DNA of 64,000 nt from a virus, in IMG/VR virus record IMGVR_UViG_3300045988_172839, positions 64,001 to 128,000 of that record. One strand, 5' to 3'. The stretch's first letter is position 1; every line of letters starts with the position of its first letter. The notes below the pieces were generated by a model. It ran no database searches. It saw only the letters and a list, made by a program, of their open reading frames with translations, and had not been told where the DNA came from. A program made the position numbers and the translations under genes. Of the stretch, positions 1 to 10,400 are shown piece after piece.

Positions 1-856
1 TTAAACCATATAAATCCTCTACCAAAGTTCCAATTTGGTCTTCATTTAAGACTTGGATACGCTTGTAACTTGCGGTCATAAGTGCAGACATCAAAGCAGT
101 TACTTTATCCCAAAAGACCATAGGGTCTCCTGAACCGCGGAGTAAGAAATACTCATACGTCAACTGAGAACTACTTGAGTTATCTTCCCAATGATGGTAC
201 ATAGAAGACAGAACCTTTTGCATGGTTGGAGAAGACACCTCATTTAAGTGATTGTACAAGTCATCAAAACGCTCATCATAAGAGTTAGCTGCTTGCAAGT
301 CAATCAACTCTGGTACTACATTTAAAGCCGCACATTGATTATAAAAATTAGCCAACCCTTGACCATGTTGAAAGGCTTTCTCTTGAACTTTACCTACTTG
401 TGTCTTACGCACACAACGAATGAAAATACCGATACTACCATCTAACATATAGCAGACATAAGGTAAAGTCTCATCAATATCGTAGATACCGAAGAAGTGG
501 GAGAACAAGGAAGTGTCAGTCTTAGACTTCAACTCTTCCCTCAGTTTGAACTCCTTCTTAACCTTTCGCTCATTGAATACAAACAAGGAAATTAAACGAA
601 AAGGAAGTGGGAATAACAAGACCCACAAAAGAAGACTCACAAACCAATTCTTTACAATTACAGAAAGGACAATACACAATACAATGTAAAATCCAAAAAA
701 CAAGGCACTTTTACCTAGTCTTAAAATTCCACCACTAGCAACACCATAAGCACCCTCTGCCTCCGCAAAGTTTACTAAGTTTGTTACTGTTAATTTACCT
801 AATTGGGGTTTGACAAGCCAATACCCCTCTGAATAATCTCGCTTCGACTCAGCCAC
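1..856 (-). CDS. Polytopic membrane protein; 3' end runs off the left edge of the window
   Basis: The frame is open from GTG at 856-854 (overlapping the TAG of the upstream gene) down to position 2 with no stop. The translation VAESKRDYSEGYWLVKPQLG... contains long hydrophobic helices (LFFGFYIVLCIVLSVIV, FVSLLLWVLLFPLPF). It is absent from the ORF track because it is truncated. The start codon is uncertain. Confidence 0.5.
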   Translation of the reverse strand, partial: MAESKRDYSEGYWLVKPQLGKLTVTNLVNFAEAEGAYGVASGGILRLGKSALFFGFYIVLCIVLSVIVKNWFVSLLLWVLLFPLPFRLISLFVFNERKVKKEFKLREELKSKTDTSLFSHFFGIYDIDETLPYVCYMLDGSIGIFIRCVRKTQVGKVQEKAFQHGQGLANFYNQCAALNVVPELIDLQAANSYDERFDDLYNHLNEVSSPTMQKVLSSMYHHWEDNSSSSQLTYEYFLLRGSGDPMVFWDKVTALMSALMTASYKRIQVLNEDQIGTLVEDLYGL

Positions 857-1494
857 TATCTCAACCCCCCATGTTCAATATTCCAATAGGTCACTTTACC
901 TTCACTTACTGCTAACTCTACCGAAACCAAAGACTCTACGCGCGTTCCAATTTTGTTGGTTGCAGACACATCAAACAAAGCAAACCATTTGTCTAAACCC
1001 CCAGCACTATATACTCTCGATAGTGTTTTTAAATTTACAAGTCTATCTACACTTGGTGCGTAATCGTCCGGCCAAAAGAGTAAAGAATCTCCGACTTTTG
1101 GGGATACCCAAGGGAGAGATTTGTAAGCTCTTTCTGCACTTGCACTATCCTCAACCGAAGCTAAGTAAGTCATATAAGTCTTAGCTAGAGAATAGTCAAA
1201 ATTGTTATCTTTTGCTTTCCACTGACTTGTTGTTAAACTCAAGTGTTCTTTTGCAAAAGTTTCATCTGCGTAATTTGAAACAACTTCTTTTGCTGATTTT
1301 GCAACTTCTGTATCTCTCTGTAATTTAGCACCCTCATTATGAGACTGAATAATATTATTTGCAATAAAACCAAAGAACCCTAAAGTTACCAATACTGCAA
1401 GACCTATTAGTACATTTCTCTTTGCTTTACTCGATAGTCTGTAATCAAATAGGTGTAAGAACCATAAGACAACTTTCGATTTAATCTTCTTCAC
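856..1494 (-). CDS. Bitopic membrane protein (N-terminal TM anchor plus about 170 aa ectodomain)
   Basis: Track ORF 856..1503. AGGTGG lies 5 nt upstream of an in-frame GTG at 1494, so that start is preferred. The TM helix is VLIGLAVLVTLGFFGFIA. No catalytic motif was recognised. Confidence 0.6.
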   Translation of the reverse strand: MKKIKSKVVLWFLHLFDYRLSSKAKRNVLIGLAVLVTLGFFGFIANNIIQSHNEGAKLQRDTEVAKSAKEVVSNYADETFAKEHLSLTTSQWKAKDNNFDYSLAKTYMTYLASVEDSASAERAYKSLPWVSPKVGDSLLFWPDDYAPSVDRLVNLKTLSRVYSAGGLDKWFALFDVSATNKIGTRVESLVSVELAVSEGKVTYWNIEHGGLR

Positions 1495-2050
1495 TTGAAC
1501 CACCTACTTTTACAAAATTACCTAACGTGTAATCAACAACAGAACCCGTGGAATCGTAAACCACTGTTACTTGTCGATACCCTTCTACACCTCTTTTATA
1601 AACAGAGACTCTTTGTACCAGTTGGTTTGCTACAGAGTCGTAACTATACTGAATGGTTACTTTCTCTATAACACCTAGTAAGTTAGGGTAATGTTTTACC
1701 AAATCTGTCATATTGGTGTAAGAACCTTTATTCTCCAAAGTACCAAACTTCAAACTACTTGTGTTTTGTCCTTGAAAACCTTTACGACCTGTGTAAGTTG
1801 CAACCCAATTTATAATGTAATTCTCGAAAGGTTTCACTTGATTTTCTAATTCAATTTGCTCAGACCAAGCATTTTCATACTGAAGTTGACCTCTTGTTTT
1901 TTCCTCGGAGACTAAAGGAGCTAGTCGGCTCAAATCAAAAATTTGACCGTCTCCCGAATTTTGAAGAAAAAAGGTAGATACCGCTAGGCTAAGTAAAGTA
2001 GTTCCAACTAGAACACCACCATAAATACTAGCTTTCTTCCACTTCACCAT
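1481..2050 (-). CDS. Bitopic membrane protein (N-terminal TM anchor plus ectodomain)
   Basis: Track ORF 1481..2089. GGAGG lies 9 nt upstream of the ATG at 2050 (MVKWKKASIYGG...). The TM helix is GVLVGTTLLSLAVSTFF. It overlaps both neighbouring genes by a few codons. Confidence 0.6.
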   Translation of the reverse strand: MVKWKKASIYGGVLVGTTLLSLAVSTFFLQNSGDGQIFDLSRLAPLVSEEKTRGQLQYENAWSEQIELENQVKPFENYIINWVATYTGRKGFQGQNTSSLKFGTLENKGSYTNMTDLVKHYPNLLGVIEKVTIQYSYDSVANQLVQRVSVYKRGVEGYRQVTVVYDSTGSVVDYTLGNFVKVGGSSEED

Positions 2051-2255
2051 AAGGAAGAACCTCCGAGTCTTTCGTAGAACTGTAACCATCAGGCAGAATT
2101 TTGAACTTTAAATTATTCTCACAACGGACTAACAATACCCCCAGAGCCGTAACTAAAGAGACTGTTCCACCATAAATTACACCTTTGTGTTTAACACCTA
2201 CTTTGCTACCTACCACAAGCTTTGAAATCCAACCTTTACGAGAATCTTTAAACAT
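2028..2255 (-). CDS. Small (75 aa) membrane protein
   Basis: ATG ORF with one hydrophobic helix (VIYGGTVSLVTALGVLLV). It sits directly downstream of the promoter at 2294-2322. Confidence 0.5.
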   Translation of the reverse strand: MFKDSRKGWISKLVVGSKVGVKHKGVIYGGTVSLVTALGVLLVRCENNLKFKILPDGYSSTKDSEVLPYGEVEES

Positions 2256-2293
2256 GTTCCGTTTCCTATCACTTAAATTTACTTAATGGTTTT

Positions 2294-2322
2294 ATTTTAC
2301 ATTATTTCTGAGAAAAACGCAA
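2294..2322 (-). promoter_or_regulatory. Sigma-A type promoter
   Basis: On the minus strand: TTGCGT (2322-2317), a 17 bp spacer, then TAAAAT (2299-2294). It lies just after a terminator hairpin and upstream of the 2255 start. Confidence 0.5.
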
Positions 2323-2337
2323 GAAAGCATTTACTAA

Positions 2338-2374
2338 AAACAAGAAAACCAAGTAAACATTCTTATTTACTTGG
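2338..2374 (-). terminator. Rho-independent terminator
   Basis: On the minus strand: CCAAGTAAA, an 8 nt loop, TTTACTTGG, then TTTTCTTGTTTTT. Confidence 0.6.
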
Positions 2375-2387
2375 CAATTTCTTATAA

Positions 2388-2477
2388 GGCTCTCATTTGC
2401 TCTCTATTCGATTTTAACTTTCAAACAGAGAAACTTACCTCTTAATGTTTAAAATCGAAACTGGGGCAATCTGAGAC
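2388..2477 (-). repeat. 90 nt structured intergenic element, copy 1 of 2
   Basis: It shares conserved ends and exact length with 34274..34363. On the + strand it reads GGCTCTCATTTGCTCTCT ... TTAAAATCGAA ... CTGAGAC. An internal 11-12 bp stem (TTCGATTTTAA / TTAAAATCGAA) is preserved in both copies. Confidence 0.6.
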
Positions 2478-2492
2478 TCCTGATGGATATTT

Positions 2493-3047
2493 CTAACCGA
2501 ATGTGTCTGGTTTACCTCCGTAGAGATATAAAATGTGGAACGTGTTGGTGGTTTTCTCATACGACAAAACTAAGTACATATCATCATTTTTACCACCTGT
2601 AAGTATAAACAAGTTGTTTACCACATCAAGGTCTTTTGTAGACCAAACTTCAAAGCTATCAGACTTCAACTTGTAACCTTGCTTTTCGACTGCGTAGCGA
2701 AGAGAGATACCGCTAGAGTCTGCTTTCAAGCGACTGTCGTCTTTTCCTCTACGAAAAGTTTCAAGCAACTTCTCAATCGACTCTTGTTGTTCCTTTACTT
2801 TGGCGCTATCTGTTATTCTAGCACCTTCTGACAAATAACCCCTTGCTCTTGCTAAGTTAAGTTCCAAGTCACTTTGAACTTTGTCTTCAACCGACTTCGT
2901 TTCTTCTTGTTTTAAACTTACCTCAGTGGGAGAATCCTTTTCGTGACGAACTTCTTGCTCACCTTTGAAGTAGAGGATACCGAAAGCTATTAGGGTTCCT
3001 AACCCTACTCCACATACAACTGTTAAAATCCATTTCAATACTTTCAA
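2493..3047 (-). CDS. Bitopic membrane or secreted protein (184 aa)
   Basis: TTG-start ORF with an N-terminal hydrophobic helix (ILTVVCGVGLGTLIAFGILYF) followed by a charged, soluble-looking domain. Confidence 0.6.
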   Translation of the reverse strand: MKVLKWILTVVCGVGLGTLIAFGILYFKGEQEVRHEKDSPTEVSLKQEETKSVEDKVQSDLELNLARARGYLSEGARITDSAKVKEQQESIEKLLETFRRGKDDSRLKADSSGISLRYAVEKQGYKLKSDSFEVWSTKDLDVVNNLFILTGGKNDDMYLVLSYEKTTNTFHILYLYGGKPDTFG

Positions 3048-3068
3048 ATCACTACTACTTTCTACCGA

Positions 3069-4781
3069 TTACTTTAAAATCGGGGTTTTTGTTTCATCAT
3101 AAGCAAACTCCATACCAAGACCTTGCCACTGCTCTTTACGGTAAATACGGTAATACCAAACATACTGCTCACCACGGTAATCCCAACCTGCTAAAGAAGT
3201 GTTTTGTTCGATTGTAAGCAATGTACCATCTTTAAATACAGTACAAACAATACCTGTGTGTCCCCAAGTTGGATGCTCCATATCTGAGAATATAGCACCA
3301 CGTCTAGGTGTATTAGTTGTCCGATTGCCGAAAATATTTGCCCAAGCCCCCGCTTGCAAAGCACCATGACCTTGAACACTTTCTTGAGGTCTACCCCAAA
3401 TATGGTTCCCTAAAGAAATAGTCAAAGCTACGCACTGACCGTTAATACTTGGGTCTGCTGGATATTGAAACCAACCTGTACCTGGTAAACCAAAATCCAT
3501 ACCGTAATTTTTAGGGTTAATAATGTAAGGCTTTAACCCCTCAGGTAAATCCTCTGGGCGCCAACCCCAAGAACTAAAGGCATCAGCCGGAGGGTTGTCT
3601 TGACCATCCTCTGAAGAAAGACCACTAGCATCAGATTTAGTTGAAGCCTTGGTTTTATGTTGCCTTGGTTTACATTTAATCTTCCTTATAGCTTTTGTTA
3701 CTAAGTTGTCACTACTAGAACCACGAGACTTAGTGACATCAAAGATACCGCGAGTAAGGAACTTGGAATATAAATCATAACCTTTGTCGTTCATGTGAAC
3801 GGAGTCAGAAGTTAAGTCCTCCCATTTAGAGTTTTCTTGAACGTACTGATTCCAATCTAGGTAAGCCATATTTGACTTGCTACTTACATAAGATTTAATA
3901 GTCTCTGCAATCTTATCATGGTCTACTTTGTTATAAGAACCTTGACCCCCTTGTGAAGCAGTTGTTACCCAAATAACTGTCTTAGCACTTTTCGCTTCAC
4001 CTACAAGTTTATCCATTAACTCATGTGTTGGAGGTTGGTTTGTACCTAGTGCTACAACAAGTACATCTTTAATTTTCTTCTCAGACTCCAATTTCTTGGC
4101 AGTCTCAATACCACTGAGTGTACTATCTGAACTCTCAAAGGCTCTTGAAACTTTACTATCAAAGGTCGATTTAGGGAAATACCCTTTTAATTTAGGTTCA
4201 ACCCCTACTCCTAAAGAGTCTCCAATGAAAGTAAAACCTTCATAATCCTTCGCCCAATCAGTTACTTCTGTAGATAAATCCACAGAACCTACATTCTGAA
4301 AGTTTGTGTTAGTTGAATTAGACCCTTGTGAAGTATTAACCTCAGTAGGTGCGCAATCAACCGTAGCCATAATTGCAACATAAGTAACCGCAGCGGAAGC
4401 TCCAATAGTTGCAATCATAAATGTCCAACCAAAGGAAACTAGAACAATAGAAGTTAATCTAGCTAACCAAGTTAAAAAACGATTAAAACCTAATGACGAA
4501 CGAAGAGTCAACAACTTTAAGCGCTCTTTTACTTCATTGGATGCCGTTTCCACTAAAACACTTTCAACTTTTTTCTTATCCTCATCTGTTAGGTCTTTTT
4601 TACTTACCTCTTCTTGTAACTCAACTCGACTCTTTTTCAATTCTTCTAAGTTTTGCTTTCGTCTTCTTATAGAGTTTTTAGCAAAATGACGATAGAATCG
4701 ACCAATTAAAGGATACAGAAGAGTTACTACTAAAACTATAATTGGCAATATTAAGAACCTTAACATTGGTTCAAAAAACAT
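3069..4781 (-). CDS. Membrane-anchored bifunctional cell-wall hydrolase: SGNH/GDSL esterase domain plus C-terminal CHAP peptidase domain
   Basis: GAGGT RBS before the ATG, and N-terminal TM helices. SGNH blocks are present: FIGDSLGVG (block I), LGTNQ (block III) and DSVHMN (block V, DxxH), at about nt 3747-4235. CHAP signature: NGQCVALT (Cys) ... WGHTGIV (His) ... IEQN, at about nt 3132-3479. Confidence 0.85.
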   Translation of the reverse strand: MFFEPMLRFLILPIIVLVVTLLYPLIGRFYRHFAKNSIRRRKQNLEELKKSRVELQEEVSKKDLTDEDKKKVESVLVETASNEVKERLKLLTLRSSLGFNRFLTWLARLTSIVLVSFGWTFMIATIGASAAVTYVAIMATVDCAPTEVNTSQGSNSTNTNFQNVGSVDLSTEVTDWAKDYEGFTFIGDSLGVGVEPKLKGYFPKSTFDSKVSRAFESSDSTLSGIETAKKLESEKKIKDVLVVALGTNQPPTHELMDKLVGEAKSAKTVIWVTTASQGGQGSYNKVDHDKIAETIKSYVSSKSNMAYLDWNQYVQENSKWEDLTSDSVHMNDKGYDLYSKFLTRGIFDVTKSRGSSSDNLVTKAIRKIKCKPRQHKTKASTKSDASGLSSEDGQDNPPADAFSSWGWRPEDLPEGLKPYIINPKNYGMDFGLPGTGWFQYPADPSINGQCVALTISLGNHIWGRPQESVQGHGALQAGAWANIFGNRTTNTPRRGAIFSDMEHPTWGHTGIVCTVFKDGTLLTIEQNTSLAGWDYRGEQYVWYYRIYRKEQWQGLGMEFAYDETKTPILK

Positions 4782-4817
4782 ACTGTAACCTCACATTCTT
4801 CAAGTCTAAATCCAATT

Positions 4818-4858
4818 CTAACTAAAAGCACAAAGCTATTATTCCAGACTTTGCACTT
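4818..4858 (-). terminator. Possible rho-independent terminator
   Basis: On the minus strand: AAGTGCAAAG, a 13 nt loop, CTTTGTGCTT (10 bp stem with two G-U pairs), then TTTAGTTAG. The T tract is weak. Confidence 0.4.
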
Positions 4859-4897
4859 ACAAGAATATCATAAATACCCTCGACAGACAACTATTTG

Positions 4898-7447
4898 CTA
4901 CGCATCATTGTCTGATTTACTATCTTTCTTCATTTCCTTGTCCAAGGCATCAAACTTACTTTGAGTATCTACTTGACCAGAAGACCGTGCAGTTGGTTTA
5001 TCAAATAGACCTTCAAGTTCTTTAGCTACCTCAGTATCAGCTTGTTTAGAAGCCGAAGACTGTGTACGTTTAGAACTTCTGTTTCGCCCAAACATTCGCT
5101 TAAACCTAGAACCTGCACCACCCAAATTTCTCCTAGTAAAGTCTGATGCAGAACTTGTCGCATTACCTACAGCATCACGAACTCGACTATTTGAAGCACT
5201 AGATACCGAAGAATCTACCCCACTAGCAATATTCTTTACTTTCTCTAAGTTGCCAACAACTAAACTTGCAGCCATCTGTACACCGGCTTTCACTGGGATA
5301 GAAACAATACGAGCATTTCTATAAAGACCTTTAAACAAATTCGCTACTGCGACCCAATACAAAGCACAAGCAACTAAAGTAACTGCAATTAAAACCCCCA
5401 TAGTGGAACGTGGAGAATTAAAGGACTGACTCTCACCTAAACTGCCAGTTACAAGTTGGTTTCCACCATCACCCATAAGAATAGAAACAGTGAAGGCTAA
5501 CATAATGTTTACACCTAATACTAGTAAGAAAGGTAACATGCACTCAGTTGCAAAAGACTTAACTAATGTTTTATCTTGACGAATAAAGGATGCAAATACC
5601 GAGAGCATCATAGCAATAGGCAAGCAACACAGAATTAAAATCAAGAGAGTAGGAACCAAGTACACTACTACAAAGGAGTTGAACCACATCATGAAGAGTG
5701 TTACAAACCCATCTTTCTCAGCTACAATCTCATAAATGTCTGACTTCAAGGTTTGGTTATATACCAAACTCTCACCTGTCGCATTCTGTAAAATCATACG
5801 AAGGAAAGCGTCCCAACCAAAAGCTTTCAATTCAAAGCCTTGAGGTTCAAATACCACTTGACGTTGGTTGAACCCTGTTTGAGAAAAGATACGGTTGAAG
5901 TCGAAAGTCGCAATCATAGCACTTGCAGTATTCAATACTACATCATCAAGAGTGTAATAGTTCATAACATTTAACCAATCATTACGAACTTCTTTCGCTA
6001 CCTCTTGAAGTTTCTTCTCAACTTGTGTTAAATCAGACTCTTTCAAACCATAGTATAGCATTTCACTCTCTGAAAATACCATCGGACGAATAGTATAAGC
6101 AGCCGGGTTCATTGGCTCAGATACCACTTGCTTTTGACCTGCGTATTCAATCGTTTCAGGTTTTGCAATGTCTAACTCATACAAGTAATCTACCCAAGCA
6201 GTATAAGTTCTATAGGCGTTATCTGATGAGTAGTTGAACCAAGTCTTATAGTAAGCTTCAGACTCTTTATCCGTAATCGCATCAAGCTCTGTACGTTTTG
6301 TTCCATAACCTGCGTATGGTTTTGTACCGTAAGTATCACTCCACTGCAACAAGGTTTTGTTGGCTTCACGCAAGTAAGGAATAGTTACAGTAAATAGAGA
6401 ACCAAAGTCTAGGAAGTCTTTCATAGCTCCATAACCAGGTTTACCTGCTTCCATTTGGTAGTTGTAGAAGAATGAGTCATTTTTCTCTAACATCATCTTC
6501 TTAAACTCACCACTTGAACCTGCTTTAGTACTTAAACCATTATCGTAAAGCCCCCAAGACAAGTAATAGAATGGAGACTCTGTATAAAGAGCAAAAGCAG
6601 ACAACGACACCGCATCCTCTTGAGGAATTGCCTTTCCAGTTGTAGACTTGTTGGCTTTCGCCATTTGGTCTTGTAATGTCTCTTTGTGGTTATTGAAGTT
6701 TCGCTTAGACAGAATGAAGTAATCTTCATTCAAACCCACTTCATCTCCTACTTTCACTTGGCTCAAATCTTGTGTTGAAGTCTTTGCAATCGTATTTGAC
6801 GAAATCGGAGCGAAAATCCGTTTCATGGTTTTTGTATCAACTGAACCTGTTGAAGACGTTCCTTTACGGTCATTGATAAACCCAAGTTTAGAACGTTGTA
6901 ACAAAGTTTGATGGTTTGGTTTATCTGAACTCTCCAAACTCAAATACTCTTGCATAGAAGAGCGAATATCCGACGGAGTTACAGAGTTTGAAACATTTAA
7001 GGTCTTATCTGTTTGAGGGAACATAGTTGCAAGACCCTCAGACCATGAACCAATGTTAAATACAATCGCACCATTTGTTGAGATATTATCACCCATAATA
7101 TTCCCATAATACATACGAGAATAGTCGGCAATGTCGGGATACCCTCTGTACAGGTAATTTGTATCTAACCCTGTGTAATCTTCATTCGACAAACCATTGG
7201 AAAGCAAAGCCGAAGTCAAAGGAGAGTCAATCAAGTTCTTTCCACTTGCATCATTATCTTTTCTCTTCTCTCCGTTGTCTTTCTTCTTCTCTTTATCTTT
7301 CTTGTCTTTATCTTTATCCTTACTCTCCTCCGCATGAACAATGCTCGGACTAAGGACACTTAAACTGGATAGAAAGCTAGGAGCGATGAGTACCCCAAGG
7401 GATACCCCTACCAAAGTCCACTGCTTCATCTTTTTAGTTGTTATCAT
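4898..7447 (-). CDS. Large envelope protein (849 aa): signal peptide, K/D/E-rich linker, about 550 aa ectodomain, C-terminal multi-TM bundle and S/R/K-rich tail
   Basis: AGGAGG lies upstream of the ATG. The signal-like N-terminus is MKQWTLVGVSLGVLIAPSFLSSLSVLSPSIVHA. About 5 hydrophobic helices fall between residues 590-740. No enzymatic motif was recognised. Confidence 0.75.
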   Translation of the reverse strand: MITTKKMKQWTLVGVSLGVLIAPSFLSSLSVLSPSIVHAEESKDKDKDKKDKEKKKDNGEKRKDNDASGKNLIDSPLTSALLSNGLSNEDYTGLDTNYLYRGYPDIADYSRMYYGNIMGDNISTNGAIVFNIGSWSEGLATMFPQTDKTLNVSNSVTPSDIRSSMQEYLSLESSDKPNHQTLLQRSKLGFINDRKGTSSTGSVDTKTMKRIFAPISSNTIAKTSTQDLSQVKVGDEVGLNEDYFILSKRNFNNHKETLQDQMAKANKSTTGKAIPQEDAVSLSAFALYTESPFYYLSWGLYDNGLSTKAGSSGEFKKMMLEKNDSFFYNYQMEAGKPGYGAMKDFLDFGSLFTVTIPYLREANKTLLQWSDTYGTKPYAGYGTKRTELDAITDKESEAYYKTWFNYSSDNAYRTYTAWVDYLYELDIAKPETIEYAGQKQVVSEPMNPAAYTIRPMVFSESEMLYYGLKESDLTQVEKKLQEVAKEVRNDWLNVMNYYTLDDVVLNTASAMIATFDFNRIFSQTGFNQRQVVFEPQGFELKAFGWDAFLRMILQNATGESLVYNQTLKSDIYEIVAEKDGFVTLFMMWFNSFVVVYLVPTLLILILCCLPIAMMLSVFASFIRQDKTLVKSFATECMLPFLLVLGVNIMLAFTVSILMGDGGNQLVTGSLGESQSFNSPRSTMGVLIAVTLVACALYWVAVANLFKGLYRNARIVSIPVKAGVQMAASLVVGNLEKVKNIASGVDSSVSSASNSRVRDAVGNATSSASDFTRRNLGGAGSRFKRMFGRNRSSKRTQSSASKQADTEVAKELEGLFDKPTARSSGQVDTQSKFDALDKEMKKDSKSDNDA

Positions 7448-7462
7448 AAAGCTCAGAACCTC

Positions 7463-10400
7463 CTACTCACCTTGCTTTTTATCTTTGTTTGCTTCATCAA
7501 CACTATTTGAAGTGACTTGTTTTAAGTCACGTTTAACTTGTTGAATGTAACCATCTTTCTTAGGAGCCATCCAACGAACTTTAACCGATGCACCAAGAGT
7601 TTGTTGCCACTCATATACATCTGTTTCTCCTTCGTTTTCAGAACCACCCCAACCACCTTGTAGTTTCACTAGTAAGGCAGTGTAGTTGTCATAGTTCCCC
7701 GTTTCAGCAGCTTTTTGAAGTTGTGCTACCGAGTCAGAATAGTTTTGGTGTGTTGCCATAACCCAAAACATAAACTTATCTTTGAAGAAATAAGAATTTA
7801 TCTGATTAGTCAAATGAGTTGAAGCATCAATCATCTTAGGTGGACTGTACAAAAGATACCCAAAGGCTAAAATAGAAAGAACTGCTGGTACCACTCGGAT
7901 TTGACCTACGAATAAGAATACTAACATCAAGAAAGAAGCTACAATCAAAATAGTGACACCCCAAGAAGAGAACTTAGAATACAAGTAGTCTGTAAACTTA
8001 ATTTCATTCATCTTAGGTATAGTTGCAAAACCAGTTAACTCCAAGTAACGAGTTGTACCTGAGTAACTAGAAGCTGTGTTTGCACCCACCATATCTTGTA
8101 ATGAACTTAACATGGTTTGGTTCATAAAGGTTTTAGACCAACGTTGTTTGTACTCACGACCTTTAGTTGGGTTCAACATGAAGTAAGCCATATTTTTCAA
8201 TACATGATCTAAATCTTCCTCCTCACCCTCAGAAGCTGCCTTCAATGCATCTTCATCAATAACAGAAGAGTTATCTAAGTTAATAACATAAGGAATGTCT
8301 TTATTGAGAGGATTAGCACGAACAAGTACAGTTGAAGCGTATAAGTTGATAGCGTATTTTTTGTCAGCAGTATCTTTCGGAGCTTCACCTGCGGTATCAA
8401 CTAAAGCCCCTTTTGAACCTTGTCCCACCCAATACCCACTACTGTCTAAGCGAGAAGACTGTAATGGAATATCTTGAGCTTTACCTACTAATAAGGTACC
8501 GTTGTCACCTAACTTCTTGAACTTATCGTTACCACTTGCAAACCCCTTATCATCAAAACTAATAATCTCATCAATTACTGGTTTTGTAAGTGACATATTT
8601 GATTTAAATTTATAAGAGTCATCTGAGAAAGGTTTCGCGTTCATAGAAACCCATGCATCTGCACCAGGTACATTTTTAGTTAAGTCAAACATCGTTCTTG
8701 AATCCCCAAATACAGGGAAAAACCCAGTTAAATAACCTTGAGGTAATGCGTAATCAGTAGAACCTGAACGAATTTCAGAATAAGAAGAACCAAAATCATA
8801 ACCTTCAACATTTCCCCCACTGTGGAAAATAGAGCCATCCTTAGTCAAAGTTGCGGACTCATTACCGTTACGAACTAACCACTGAGTATTTAATGCACTT
8901 TGTAAGACTGCACCTAAATCGTTAAAGTTATAAAAGTCAATCGACCAACCCCAACCAGAAGTATCTGCTGACTCTTTTCCTGCTACTACGGAATCATTTG
9001 CAATAGCCGAGTAAAATCGCAATTTACGGTCAACAGAACCACCTAAAGTTGCATTTGATCCGTCAACTGAAAGATACCCCTTTCCTTTAAGGAGAGCTAA
9101 GTTATTAAGGTTGTTAATCGAAATCTGACGACCCACACCCGTATTCGTGTTGTTATAAATCTCAGACATCTTCTCGTCTACACTAGAACTTTTAATATCA
9201 ACCTTTTTATCTTTCTCTTTATTGGAATTTTTGTTGGAATCTTTGTTCTTGTTATTCTCTTTGTCATTACTGGATGCAGTTGAACTATTTGTTGTATCGT
9301 TTATCTTCTTAGCATACATCATAGGGTTTTGCGAAGCTGGAATCACAACATAAGCACCTCTTTGATTTGAACCTGTTTCTGAAATTAAATTACCAAAACC
9401 ATCAGTATACATACCTGCTGAGTAGATAGAGCTATCATAGAACGGTTTCAAAGAACCTTGGTTCTTTGTTTTCATAGCAGCCGGTAAAGCACCACGTTCC
9501 TCATAATCAAACCCGTTTAAGTAAGCATTCAATTTCTCAGCTAAATGTCTATCATTTGACTTTAACAAGTCTACAACCTTACTATCTGACCCGTCTAAAG
9601 TCAAAACATTAGAACCCCAACTCTTAGAGGCATCAACTGAAGCAAAGTTTGTATAGAACGTAGCTTGGGATACCGTAGGGGTACCACTAGGGTCTGGATT
9701 CCACTCATAGACAATTTCTTGTCGTTTTAAGTCAGACTCTTTAGCTTTACTTTCCCTAACTAACCCTAATAAAGTACCTTTATCTACATTATACTCATAA
9801 CGATTTTTAAGAGAAACTTCATCATCTGTGGTTAATAACGACTTAGACCATAACCCTACAGAACCAAATAACACTTCAAAGTAAGTAGCTTTTGTTTGTA
9901 ATGACTTCCAAGTTTGACCATTATCATCTGACTTAGCTAAGTACAAAGGTTCAGATGTTTTAGCTCCTAAATTAGCAACAAGCTTCGCTAATTCACCCGC
10001 CGGATCATCAGCTAAACCAGCATGAGTTTTTAAAATGGTTTGAATGTCAGATTGTGCATCACCTACTGTATTTCCATTTATAGAGACACGTGTCGTAAAC
10101 GGAGAATACCAGTTAGAGATAAAGAACCCTACTGTTTTAACCTCTGCCGGGGAGAGTCCTTTTGCACCACCGGATAAAGAACCATCAGCTTCACCTGCTG
10201 CAATCTTTAATTGGTCAATAGAACGCTCTAAGGCAGAACTTTTCTGACCTTGTTTATTCTCAGCATAAGCAGTAGTATAGTCAACTTTTAAACCTAAAAC
10301 TGAACTCCCAACTTGTAAAGCAACTGAACCTAAAAGTAAGGACACCGAAGCTAAAGTGACAGTCTTACCTACAAAACTTCTAACTTTCTTTCTTCTACCC

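Noticed and set aside
7250-7330. A simple-sequence repeat (AAAGATAAAGA-type) as a possible phase-variation tract.
   Set aside because: It encodes the K/D/E-rich linker (KDKDKDKKDKEKKKD) of the 849 aa protein, and the repeat units are imperfect. There is no homopolymer or perfect microsatellite.
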